Shown piece after piece: positions 48,163-60,027 of a stretch of DNA of 64,000 nucleotides. This stretch comes from Takakia lepidozioides (lineage: Eukaryota; Plantae; Bryophyta), in the NCBI GenBank assembly GCA_030704615.1, contig CM060732.1:61008001-61072000 (forward strand). The letters run 5' to 3'. Under the pieces are notes generated by a model. That model was not told the origin of the DNA and did not search any database. It was given only the letters and a program-made list of their open reading frames with translations. Both the position numbers and the translations under genes were made by a program. Position 1 is the first letter of the stretch. Every line of letters starts with the position of its first letter.

Positions 48163-51100
48163 CTAATACTTTTCCTTTGCACCTCTCCAGGGAGTGCCAT
48201 CTAGTCTCTTCAGAGTCTGACTGGACTGCATGAAGTTGTACAAAATGTCATCGACATGCGGCTCATAGGGGGGGTTGACGAAACAACCCTGGTCAGAAAT
48301 CTCAAAGCTGCGGATGGAGGATGGTGTCTTGGAGGTGCGAATCCTCCGCAGGCAGATCGCCTCGAACATCCTCGTCTGCCAAAGATAGCAGGTTAGTGTG
48401 GTAAACACAATCTATAGTGGAAGTGTGTACATCGGCTTTTCAGAACTCAGGCACAAAACAATCATTTTTATCACGAATCGGTGATGATCGGTGTCGATCA
48501 TGACAGATTCTTCTAGAGTGGAGCTGTAGAGAACATTGAAACTCATCATGAAAGCACAAGCAGAAGGGAGACGACATACCAGCTGACCAGGGAAACCCCC
48601 TTTCACAAGGTAGAGGCTGTTCACACAATTCCATGTGCGCAAAACTTGAAACCCTGAAGACTTCAGGTATGATGCCAATGCCCGACGACTATCTTTGTCA
48701 CATGACTGAAAAAGCAGAAGTGTCCCTGCATCAGAGAGGAAATTATTACAGAACCCGAACACCCAACTCCAGTAGTTGTCCTCGAATTTGTTCCAGCCTG
48801 GCGTCTTGCCCTTTGGAAGAACTTCTGGCACAGCTTGGCCATCCGGGATGTCGAGAATGACAATGTCAGCCGCATATGTTTTATGCATACCGCACACGAA
48901 GATGGGACCTGTGCTCACCTGCAACAGACATGTTTTTTTTAAGAACGATGACAATAATGTTTTCAAAGAACCAGACTGAAATACTGCCAATGAAACTTTC
49001 AGAGAAAAAGGAAAGAAACTGGAATTCTTACCAGATTGAGGAATGAGATTATGTTGTCTCAGGTAGGCGAAGGCACCCCAGTGTATCCTCTCTTTCGACT
49101 CTGCATCATCGACAGCCAACCCTCATATTTTAATCTCTCCTGCCGAATCAGAACGGGAAGGGTGTGGCTTGGCATCGAACACGCACTGAACTGTGCGGGT
49201 ATATCTTCCAGCAGTCAAGACCTGCCCACTCTCCATCTCCTTTTCTTTCTCCTTCCCCTTGTCATTTTCCTTCTCTTTGGACTTGTCTTTGTCCTTTGGC
49301 TTTGCTGGTGAGATGGCTATGACATCAAGAGCCTTGTCTTTTGGTTTGCGGCCCGCCTTCTTTCCCTTCTGCGGCGTTCCCTGAGCATCAGGCTCCTTGG
49401 CAGCCAATGTTGCTATGTTTCTTTGGTACTCTTCGTCAGTCAGAGGCGCCAGCATCTCAGCATTATTGTTCAAATATTTCATATGTTGTTCTTGAAAGGT
49501 CGTGTGCTCCGGTGGGCAGTCAAGGTACCAGCCACAGTCTCTGAAGTGAGAAGGACTCCAGTCCTTCAATATCCCTGCAGTATACATGGTTGGATCGTTT
49601 GCAGGGTCCGACCACATGTCAAGATAGTCTGGAATACCGCTCAGGTGATTTTCTTCCATAAGCACATATTTCGTGTACCTGTTAAACAGGAGATAAATCC
49701 CAACCCACCAAAGCGCGAAGTGAGTAAGATGCAAGTAGCACAGAATGAAAAAAACATGGAATGAAATGACTCTGAGAACTGCTCCAAGGACCTTTCAGGA
49801 CCACACGACAGCTCCGGATGTGAATGTCGTCAACGCCATTCAAAACATTCCATTCAATGATATTGTAAATACACCCTAATCCACGTGAATGCAAACTCTC
49901 GCTTTGGAATGACACAGACATAGAAGTGAATGTCGTCAACGACATTCACTTTGGATTTGTGAATACACTGCTAATCAAGCCTAATGATTTCTCAAAAGAG
50001 GCAAAATCATTGGATGGAAATCAGAAACTCGACTAAGGAACCCTCCCCAAAAACTCAATGGACATTCATAACCAACATAACACTGAGGACCTCATAATAA
50101 CACTGGATGTGAATGGCGTCAACGCCATTCACAAAATTACGAACAAGGAACCAAACAATTAGCTCCCAATCCATGTAAATTCAAATTGTCGCTGGTGAAT
50201 GACACAGACATAGAAGTGAATGTCGTCAACGACATTCACTTTGGATCTCTGATAACACAGCTAATCAAGCCTGAAGTGAGGAACCCTCACTGTAAACTCT
50301 ATGGACATTACAAAAACTTACATAACTCTGAGGACCTCTCAACAACTCTGGATGTGAATGTCGTCAACGCCATTCAGGGACATTATCAATCAGGGACACT
50401 ATAATTACACCCTAAGCTCCTAATCCAGGTGAATTCAAATTCTCGCTTAAGAATGACTCAGACAAAGAAGTGAATGTCGTCAACGACATTCAATTTGGAT
50501 CTATGATTACAATCCTTATGAAGCCAAATTATTTCCCAAAAAGTGCAGTAGAGTTTCCAGTATGATATTGCACCTGTACACAACTCGCATCATGGCCCAC
50601 TCTTCTCCAACCTGACTGTCAAAGTCGTTGGACCGTAAAATGTTACCATCTTTGGAGAACTCCCGGAAAAAACAGTATCTCCAGGTGAGACCTCTCCACT
50701 TCCTTATGTATGCCTTCAATGACATTTGGGGAGGGGAAACAATCGAAATATTCAAGTCCTTCAAAGTCTGATCCAGCACAATGACGGCGCGCTTTTCGAG
50801 CTGCAAATTGTATATTTGTCAGTATTGCAAATAAGATACTCATCACATAATTGAAGAAAATAAAACGGCTTATTTGAATACACACCTTATTCCAAAATGT
50901 AGCCTTGTGGAGCCATTTATCAAACACCAAATCACTGATTCCTTCCACCTTTGTGCCAGGCTGTATGGTGCTCTTTGGGAACTGATTCAAGTCCTTTACT
51001 GTCTGATCTGAGTTCCATATCTCCAGCCATCTTATTTTTGTTTGTGGGTCGACCATGGATATGGCCAGCCGGTGCAATTTCTCCTGCTGCATCTCCGGAT

Positions 51101-51563
51101 GCATATGCTTGTCATAGTGAGATTTGATCTGTTGAAGAAACTCAGAACCAAGTCCAGGATCTACTATTCTAAGCTGCTTTTCGAACATCAATTTGGTTCT
51201 TCGAATTTCAAACTCATTTTTTATTGCTACTTCCACACCCTTTGATGTCCTTAGTTCCTCTGGTGTAGTGCGGTAATATTCGGATTTTCCCTTCTCAGCT
51301 GCCTCTGCCAGTTCTTGCTACATTGATTCAAATAGTGATTAGCACCGAAGGGACTACAAACATGTATTCGAAAAGTAAACTGAGTACAGACTCGGGCTTA
51401 CCGCGAACATGTACTCCAGAAATGCCTCTCGAGTCAAAGAATACCAAGTGCCTGCAGTTCTTCCTGTTTCGCACTTCTTGATTATATTGGGGGGGAGTAC
51501 TGTCCGAAAATCATCCAGCTTCATCAGACCAATCCTCTGAATTCGGTATAGTGTGTGGACCAA
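48163..51563 (-). pseudogene. Spliced gene ending in a beta-class N6-adenine/N4-cytosine DNA methyltransferase-like domain; exons ~51563-51402, 51317-50886, 50800-50574, 49678-49032, 48908-48580, 48375-48163
   Basis: Phase-compatible GT-AG introns and one in-frame TGA (49123-49125). Motif order DIVILDIPDG, W.WVF....FL...GTLLLF, GFQVLRTW, RMFEAICLRR, WRGAKEK. Truncated before the SAM-binding motif I and at the 5' end. Confidence 0.65.
49820..50492. repeat. Array of six 23-24-bp palindromes GTGAATG(T/G)CGT-CA-ACG(A/C)CATTCA(C) inside an 895-bp intron
   Basis: Copies start at 49820, 49926, 50109, 50216, 50354 and 50470, arranged as three ~250-290-bp units with two hairpins each. Confidence 0.92.
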
Positions 51564-52209
51564 GTTCTAGTTCTGCGCAGATAATTGTGCCAGATGTGTG
51601 CATGGAACTGTGCGTCCTTCCGTAGTGATGAAGCCATCTCCTCCAACCGTTTGGCCCGTGAAGGTGGGAACACATCTCAGCTTTCAGGAGATTGAAATGC
51701 TGGAGGAGGCAGGTTTTTCCCTTGCGAGACAACCCTAACTCCATGCATGTGCTACTACTTCTACGTCCTCCCGGGTCCCCCCGGCAAATCCTGACTTGTG
51801 GCCAACCAAACGAGATGGAAAGCTCGTTCGGCGTTTCCCTCCAACTGCTGAACACTTTGGCAAAGTGGAGTCCGCAAGAATGCTCCAAGCTCGTGTTGGA
51901 AGCACCACGGAAGTACCCGATCCAGGATATGGTCGGGTATTCACAATCATCACTTCCACATCTGCTATTCATGACAGGACCTACGACATCACGGTTTCCA
52001 ATTTCCCCAATTGCACATGTCCTGATTTTGTGAATATGCTATCAACCAGTTCGGGCAAGAGATGTAAATTCATACCTTGCAAACATTTGTATTTCATATT
52101 TTTTAAGAGGATGGTTTGCGATCCTAAACGTGACAACTTCATTCACCAGGCCACTATGAGTTTCAACGAGGTCGATACTCTATTGCAGCGGGATACAACA
52201 CATGGGTAG
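51562..52209 (+). pseudogene. SWIM zinc-finger protein, 5'-truncated, TE-associated
   Basis: One frame: KF*FCADNCARCVHG..VWPVKVGTHLS..LEEAGF..*..RTYDITVSNFPNCTCPDF..PCKHLYFIF (CxC...CxH SWIM motif). Two in-frame stops. Confidence 0.8.
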
Positions 52210-52654
52210 CATCAACTATGCAATGTGGTATGTGGACGACCATGATTTGAAATGTGTAATTCACATCAATTCGTCGGCGGTGCAATGATATGGCCTCCAA
52301 CTATACGGAGTGAGCTCTGAGTAGCAACTTTTAAAAACACATTTGTCATTGCACCGTTCGAAGTCTACATGTCTTGCTGTCGATATGCACTACAATCATC
52401 TTTTGAAGATGATCCTAACTCTCATTGTTATTTGAGGAGGGAGGAAGGTCTTCCCGTGGCAGCCTTTATGGCGCACACTTTGTGAGGATATTTTCTCGTC
52501 CTCGTAATTATAAAAGTGAAACAAGCATTTGTAATTGCACAATGTTGGATGCTACAATTGTAGGCCTCATGGTAGTCTTGATTATATTTAGGCAAGATTC
52601 CCTGCATTAATTCCACGGTCATAGGACCATCCTCGGTTATAGGCGGTGCATGTT

Positions 52655-52932
52655 AATGCTGACGTGGCAGATGACGGACAGTGCCACGTCATCATTTGCC
52701 GCCACATCAGCATGCTGACATGACGCTCACGCCACGTCAGCGTGGGTGCAGGCTCACGCCACGTTAGCTGGCGTGAGCATACGCTCGCGCGCTCACGCCA
52801 TTGCGTCGTTGGTTGGGGTTAAAAGGTGGGGCAAATATGGATTGTAGTTTAGCCAATCTTAGCTGTGGCTAAGATTTAGCTACGGCTAAATTCAACTTAG
52901 CCCCGGCTAAATTGGGCCGTGCGGTCGAGACC
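52655..52932. mobile_element. Candidate right terminus of the SWIM/MTase element
   Basis: Clustered inverted gctgacgtggc/gccacgtcagc motifs, then ttagc..gctaa palindromes, ending ccgtgcggtcgagacc. Confidence 0.5.
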
Positions 52933-53099
52933 TTTCTTTTACGATACATTGATGAGAAAGTGAGTATTGTCGGCCGTACTAGTAATACTGGAATGGAAAA
53001 ATGAAAATAATTCTAAAGTTTTAAGAAATCAACCTCTTTCCAATTGATGAAAATTCACCTAGGGTAGATTTGGGTGTTTACAGGGTATGTTGTTGGCTT

Positions 53100-53760
53100 A
53101 TCAACGAACAGAAACCCATGACCGCACACATTAATAGTAAGTCACAAGTGGCCTGGACGGATGTATACCCATGAGCACACAAGCGACATTTGTCAACTCT
53201 TTACAATGAACGGTTATAGGTATCTTCCATCTCGCATCACTAGTTGATCTATACGTCAGTTATGCTTTGGTTGCGCCGCCATGCTGTCACTTGTTATGCA
53301 ACCAATGTATCCAATGTCCACCACCACAAGATCATTATGTACCTGAGAACCGAAAAAATCCACAAAACCATTTGGGTCCTTAGCTCTGTTGACCAACTTC
53401 CAATAATGGCAGGCCCGAAGTACAGCATCATAACCTACCACACTGCATTCATAAGAAACAGATTAGTGTACAAAGAAGGGACCAGTTGGAAATCCTTTTA
53501 AAACCTTCCAAGATGTACTAGATATGAGCCATAGATCAAGAAAACTGATTCTATGGGGAAAGCAACAATGTTGAGTAAGGAACATGTGGGACTGCCAAGA
53601 TGCTGTGAACTATTATAGAACTCGGCGCATATGGACATATCGCCTATCAAACCTAGCATAAGCATTTAATCATCTTATGGACATAGTAAGGTGGCTCGGG
53701 TTATGGATGATTGGAAGCACCCCTCTCCTCTAAATGGATGCAATAAAATTGGTTCAATTA
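53100..53760 (+). mobile_element. Degraded hAT transposase remnant
   Basis: WTDVYP/GC.P-like segment, LRRHAVTCYATN (compare LLRPAxTRFATN) and W..HP fragments. Many stops. Confidence 0.3.
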
Positions 53761-55748
53761 TAGATTTTTACACATTAAAACCTAGGCTTGCAATGAATTG
53801 TAAATGGATGGAATATGTTGAAAATTATCATCCGACATCAATGAAAACTTAACTGTCTAGTGGTTATTGGCCAACTTACCTTAGATCCCCTTCAATGGGA
53901 TTACAAACCACCTAATATGTGTTGGAAATCAACTCCTTACCAAGTTACTTCAATTTAGATATTATGATGACCAGTCATAGTGCAACATAGCTATGCTGAT
54001 AAGTCGTAGGGTAGAAGCACCCATCATGGTGCATATCCCAATTTTGGTGGACCAATGGACCTGTATGGCGAACCCATTTTGAAAGGTGTTAGAGCACTTT
54101 TAGGTCGGTATACCATGATTGGCCGATAAATTTATCCAAAGAGGAAACAACCATTTAACCCTTATTTTATACTCCATTTATCTTCGGTAGATGAACTATA
54201 TTGAAAATTGTTCTGACTACCAAATGATGGGCACATAAAGAGCTTTCCAAATGGTACCTTTATTTTCTACAATGAAAACCCAAGTACCGCAATTTAATAG
54301 GTGCATCTATTATGGTAACTTATGAAAAAATTAAATTACTCCAAGTAGATGGTATCTATTGAAAATTGTTCGATGCAACTACTAAAAAGATGGGGCAAAA
54401 TGAAGAGCTTTCCAATGGTATCTTTATATTCAATGGTTACAATCCCAAGATCCAAGGAACAAAGCACACCATAATAAGAACATATGCACTAAAACAAGTC
54501 TAACATCTCCTCCACTTCTCATGACTTTAACCTCGAAAAAAATAAAAAAAATCATTAAGTTTTCAATTCGAGAAATCTGTCATATATAAAGCCCATTTTA
54601 TTAAGGCATTACATTACCTCAAAGGTTTAAAGTACAAAAAATTATTATTATTCCATTATAACCAGTACTTCTACCCTAGTTATCAACAATGATAAGCCTT
54701 ATATAGCTTAAGTTAGCTTATTCAAGTCAAAGTACCAAAATAGCAGTTGAAAATAACTCAAGTTGAGGATGCAGTTATGCTGTAGTTATCTCAATATGTT
54801 TTGGTATAAGGTAGATGAACCTAATTCGAACCACTTTCTAAAATGGACCCCTAGAAAAATACATAAAACCAACCAGATGCAAATTCTAAAATGCGCTTTC
54901 ATTATGAGTGGTCCAGATTAGGCTGTGAAGCAAAGGCAATGCCCACACCCAAGACCACTAGATCAGACGACTGTACTATCAAGGCCCCACCCGTCAGACC
55001 ATCACGTGCTGGGCCAAAATGGTAATTGTAGTAAACCCTTTTAACTCATAGATGATCATAATGACAGCACTTAGTGGATAAATAATAATTACTGATAGTC
55101 CATATTTCAGATATTACTGCACAGTTAGAGAGAAGTACTTAAGTCATATTTGGGAACGCCCGAGCAATTAAGGTGTTGAGGATCACATGTCACGATCGCT
55201 GATCACATTTGAGTTCCATCTTGTTCAGTTTTATGGAGCCAACGATTAGTTTTTACACTCCACTCAAGTAGTTTTAAGCAACTCCTGGTCAATTTTGGGC
55301 CCGTGTGGCCCCCATGCATATAGAGATGGAGAGGTACGGTAGCTACTCGAGCTCAGTTTCCTAGGAGTGAAAGTTTATTTTATATAATTGCATGAACAAT
55401 TTGCTAGCAGGACTTGATCACATTTCGAGTACAGATTAGTCGGGGGATTAAAAGCCTGCACTTTAAGGACATCAAGCCGTCGCTGTTGGGTTGACCTTTG
55501 GTCCAAAATAATACCCTCTAAGTTGGCCCACACTGGGTATCTTATGTATTTTTTACTTTGAATATTCACCAATATTACGGATTTCGTCATTTGTTTTTTG
55601 TTTTTTTGGCAATGATTCTTATTTACATTTGCCAACGTTAGAAAAATATCAGTACCGAAGGTGCATCTCTCAATTCTGCTGTGTTTCTTTAAATGAGCCA
55701 GAATATGTTCATCTACCTTAGACCTTGAGTATAAACAAATAGAGCTCG

Positions 55749-56438
55749 TGTCGCGCACCTCACTTTGGCAAACTTCATCTTAAGTCATAGTTATTTGTTT
55801 TGATGCGCGTGTCTAACTCCCAAACTGATCATTGGACCGACTTGAAGGTTCGACTACCGTCGAGGCATAATAGTTTTCTCTCTCGTAATCCCCAATCATT
55901 TGGGTCACATGGAAATCCCTATGGCTGAAGGCAGTTTGGAATAGCTCTTTACATTTGATCGCTTTCTGGCTCGCTCGCTTGTGTCATTAGCTTTGATTGC
56001 TCAACGGGCTTGCACCGTTCTCAGATTACTACTCCATATGTATATTTATGTGGGTGTTGGCGGGGTTGCACTACCAGCCCATGTCCTTTTTTGTACACCA
56101 TCACTGTGATGATCTGCAACTGCCGGTGGGGAGCCGCGGTGAGTCTTAGCCCACTCCTCTAGGCCCCATTAGCATGCGGTGAGTCCCCCACGACCCCCAC
56201 CTCAAGGCCACACCCCTGTGGTGGGTCATATGTCATCCCCACTATGAGTCCCTACGATACGACCACCACACTCGGAGGCCCCACCGCAATTAGTGAGTGT
56301 CTCCGCCACCTTGAATGCCTAACCTTAGGTACTCAAGGGTTGTTCAACCCCCACTTCCACTACTGCCACTGTCCCCACCGCAGGGGCAACCCTTCTTATG
56401 TCCCGACCCCTTTGACCTCAAAGCAAATGGTCGCGACA
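55749..56438 (-). mobile_element. Solo LTR, same family as 46147-46872
   Basis: TGTCGCG...CGCGACA ends with TSD gctcg/actcg (1 mismatch). The reverse complement aligns with the 46147 LTR. Confidence 0.85.
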
Positions 56439-56539
56439 ACTCGGAGGGTGGAAACAGATTATTGTGTTCATATGGTTGGATGAAAAGCTATTAGTAAATC
56501 ATTTCATCCTTCATCCATATTCTCTGTCAAATTCCAATA

Positions 56540-57460
56540 TGGTATCAAAGCGAGGTTGTGTATAAGAGATAGATGGACACGAATGTTTGTTATAGATCCT
56601 AAGAGTGTTGCAGATTTGAAGACAAGAAGAGATATTCCTTATCAGAGTGATGTAGAAAAATCTCATGTATGTAATGGTCTCACAGAAGCCAGATATTGCA
56701 CAATCAGAGGGAATTGTGAACCAGTGTAAATATCTTAAGGATGTTTTGAGATACTATGGTTGGGCTGAAAGTACGTCATGAATAAAAGACCTTTGCTTGT
56801 TCTAAATTGCAAACTCTCCAAGAAGATGAGTCTTAGGAGTATTATAGACTTGGAGACAATGAGAAAAATTCCTTATCAGAATGTTGTGGGAAGTCTCATG
56901 TATGTAATGGTCTGTACAAGGGCAGATACTGTACAAGCACTAGGGGTCATTAGTAGGTGACTAACCCTGGGTAAATCCCTTGGGTTGTAGTAAAGGGGAC
57001 TTGTCGTTATATGAGAGGCACAATGGACTATAGTCTATGCTTGATAAAGAACAATGATAATTTTCATTTGGACCATATGGGTTCAAATAGTATCTCAGAT
57101 AGTGCTCACAAGAGTACAGAGCTCTATGGCCATTATGATATAGATAGGACTAGTAATATATTTGGTTATGTTTTTATGTTGGCAATAATTTGTACTACTG
57201 TTAGCTAGAGCGGCAAGAAGCAATCTACAATTGCTATATCATCGACTAAGTTAGAATATATGACTACATCTCAAGCCACAAGGCACGCATTATGGTGATC
57301 GTCATTTCTTTCAAAGTATTGGTCATCCACAGAGGAATACCATGTAGGATATATATGACAACCATGTTGTATTACTCTCTCAAAGTATGCGATTTTTCAT
57401 GCTTGCACAAAGTATATGGTGATTTATCATCATCTGATATGAGAGAAGCCTAAGGCAGGA
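56540..57460 (+). mobile_element. Degraded Ty1/Copia internal region (PBS, RT end, RNase H)
   Basis: PBS tggtatcaaagc at 56540-56551; IPYQNVVGSLMYVMVCTRAD, S*SGKKQSTIAISSTKLEY and FHACTKY. Confidence 0.85.
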
Positions 57461-57639
57461 GTCACATTTTCATATCCAATGCATGCAATATGCATAAAAT
57501 TAATTGTATAGAGATTTAAGAAAGTTGTTTTAATTATTGGAGGCACATATAGGCAAGTCTAACAGGCATCACCCCCTCATGAATCATTCGCTCATAGGTC
57601 GTGAAAGCATCCCTACCACACCCATGCTGAGCAAATCCC

Positions 57640-57830
57640 AAAGTGTCCAGTGTCATCTAAGTCCAAGTGCAATCCCTTATGTATCAAAGTGCGTCTCCTA
57701 TGTCGAGGCCCAAATGCAACCTCTAGGGTAGCCTTTGCCGTTGGCCCAAGTGTCCAATGTCATTTAAGTAAGTTTTTTTCCACAGAGTGTACGACCAGAT
57801 TTGAACTGGAGACCTTTCCCTTGATATCTT
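57640..57830. repeat. Dispersed repeat family C
   Basis: Subunits plus an inverted B-box module (acgaccagatttgaactggagacctttcccttgatatc). Confidence 0.75.
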
Positions 57831-58541
57831 TCCCGTTGAGGCTCCAACCATTGTCCAGGAATGCCCACTAAGTGCGCATTGCATTCGTCGAACGTTTTGA
57901 GCCTAGTTGTGTTTAGAGTGTTGTGTTTCGTGTTCAAGATATTTCATCTCATACACTATGAGAGATTATAGTAAGCATCGACAATATGTGATATGTACGT
58001 CGGGGTTGGACTTTCATGCCGAGAGCTCTGAGGATGTCGAGCACGATGTTGCCGTTGATACATGCACTAAACTGAGGAGCAATGATCTCCCACCGCCGAC
58101 TTCTAAACATATAGTATGCAAGCCAAAAGCGCGAAGGCGCAAAAGTGAGACAAAGTAATTGTCTTGTGGATCAGAAGTGCAACCTGTGAAAGGTCAAACC
58201 ATGGAATGTTTTTGAGAATTATGGGATTTTGTGGAATCCAAGACAACTCGAATTGGTCGACGTTTTAGAATCAAACTGCCAAAAATTATTTGGTCCGCCT
58301 CCAAACAAGAACAAGTACAAGTATATGGGCAATGACCTAGATCTGATAGCTAAGATAGAGTTACTTTGGTCATTAGCGCTCAAAGTTTAGGACGACAAGA
58401 TTTCTTTCTGGAAACAGGAGGCGGACATTTGGAGAGAGTCAGTGCGGACAATGAAGAGTGATCGTGAAAAGGTTTTTTTTATGGGCCGCGATTCGACTCG
58501 AAATGGTGGCAAACAACATGATATATCACGCCGCAACAGCT

Positions 58542-59060
58542 GAGAGAGAGAGAAGACTCCAGCCAAAGCCGGCGTAACTAGGAGCCACTTTACCTTGTGG
58601 CTACTGCCCCCTTTCGGGAGTGGGCCCTATGCCGCTTCCGATGACAAAATGCGGCCACATGTGCCATGAAAGCTGCAACAAAAGTTTGAATATGGGAGTT
58701 GATCCCTTCCGATGCTACTTTCGCCTGAGCCTTTACTTTTGCTTTTGCATGCACACGCTCTTTGAGTTTGGCTTGAGCATCACTGGTTTCCTCTCTATAC
58801 TTAGCCCAATTCAGTTTCTCATTAATTTTTAGCTCATAGGCTATCCCGCAAGCCATGTAGTTAATAATAGTGCCCACAAAAGGCTCCATCATATTGATGA
58901 ACTCAATCCACATCTCTTTGTAGACTGCTCCAAAATCTCTAATTTTTAGACCAAAATGACGTTTGTAACATGCTTTAGTGTCTCATACATATGCCCATAT
59001 CTGGATATTACCACATTTTCTACATTCTTCCAAAATCTACACCAAAATAAACCTCTTTAT
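58542..59060 (-). mobile_element. Element with the double-hairpin terminus and a degraded ORF (..GIAYELKINEKLNWAKYREET..)
   Basis: Terminus shared with 36820-36896; adjacent 107-aa ORF of unknown TE-like character. Confidence 0.45.
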
Positions 59061-59783
59061 GATAAATCATTGTGTGATGCCCTAGAGACCGTGTAGTGTG
59101 AATATGTGGTTATTTTTAGCTGTTCGATGGGCTAAGTACTTAAGATTTTACAACATTTAAGTAGTTGGATGATTAGCAGTGATAGATGAATTATGACTCA
59201 TTGGATGAAGACATCCATTCGCCAAACATCCATGTGCCCTAGATCGGCAGGATTGATGAGTGACGGCGTTCTTCATGCAAGCACGGGTATGGCGAGCTCC
59301 TGACATAGGCAAGTGGGGTTTGGGTTTTAAGACAGTTTTTGGTGAGAAGGTTTCTTCTTACTTTTCGGCAGATGGTAGTGAGGCAGGAGGTAATGAGATA
59401 GAGAGGTGGAGGTGGTGATGGTCACGTGAACGAGAGACTTGGGCTTTAAGCTCCACACTCGTTATTTTGTAGAGAAAGGATTATGATGATGAAGAAGTAA
59501 AAATCGACTGTTTGGGTCACTGCTTGGTTTTTGAGTCTGAAATTGCATTTGCATGATGCATTAGTTCCTGCATTGGTGCATGAGGGAAGTCTGATTACAG
59601 CTATGGTCAGTTTGAGCATGTAAAAGGTGTGGGTGCAATAGCTGGGGAAATCAGGGCATGTAGGTAGTGCATCACTCAAACCACCTAGTGGGGAGACTCC
59701 ACATTGCATAGATGAAATATTGGGGTGCGTATTCTGCTCCGATTTCTTGTAGCGGAGGGAGGTGACAGAAATAAGGATGCACA

Positions 59784-60027
59784 CTAACAAACTGGAAACT
59801 GGGTCTGCTCAATGCTCTCCAGCGACCAAAAGTACTTGGAATTCCACATCTCCCACACCGCAGGTCCAAAACTCGTGAAACCAAGCCAGTGCACCCCTTC
59901 TTGTCGAGGGCTTTCCAACGGTACCAAGCACCAGCGCCGGGGCCTAGCGGTTTGGGATTTCTCAACGCTACAAAACAAAACAAAACAAAACAAACAAACA
60001 AACAAATTGTCTTGATTCATATATTGA
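59784..60027 (-). mobile_element. Short non-autonomous Helitron-like element
   Basis: Minus strand starts A|TCaatatatg with (TTTG)n and ends ...tttgTTAG|T (degenerate CTAG). Inserted at AT with no TSD. Confidence 0.5.

Noticed and set aside
49820-50492. CRISPR array
   Set aside because: Spacers are long (~80-160 bp) and homologous to each other in alternation, which indicates tandem triplication. There are no cas genes and the context is a eukaryotic intron.
58578-58581. Canonical Helitron 3' CTAG end
   Set aside because: Homology with the 36.8-kb copy continues ~35 bp past the CTAG.
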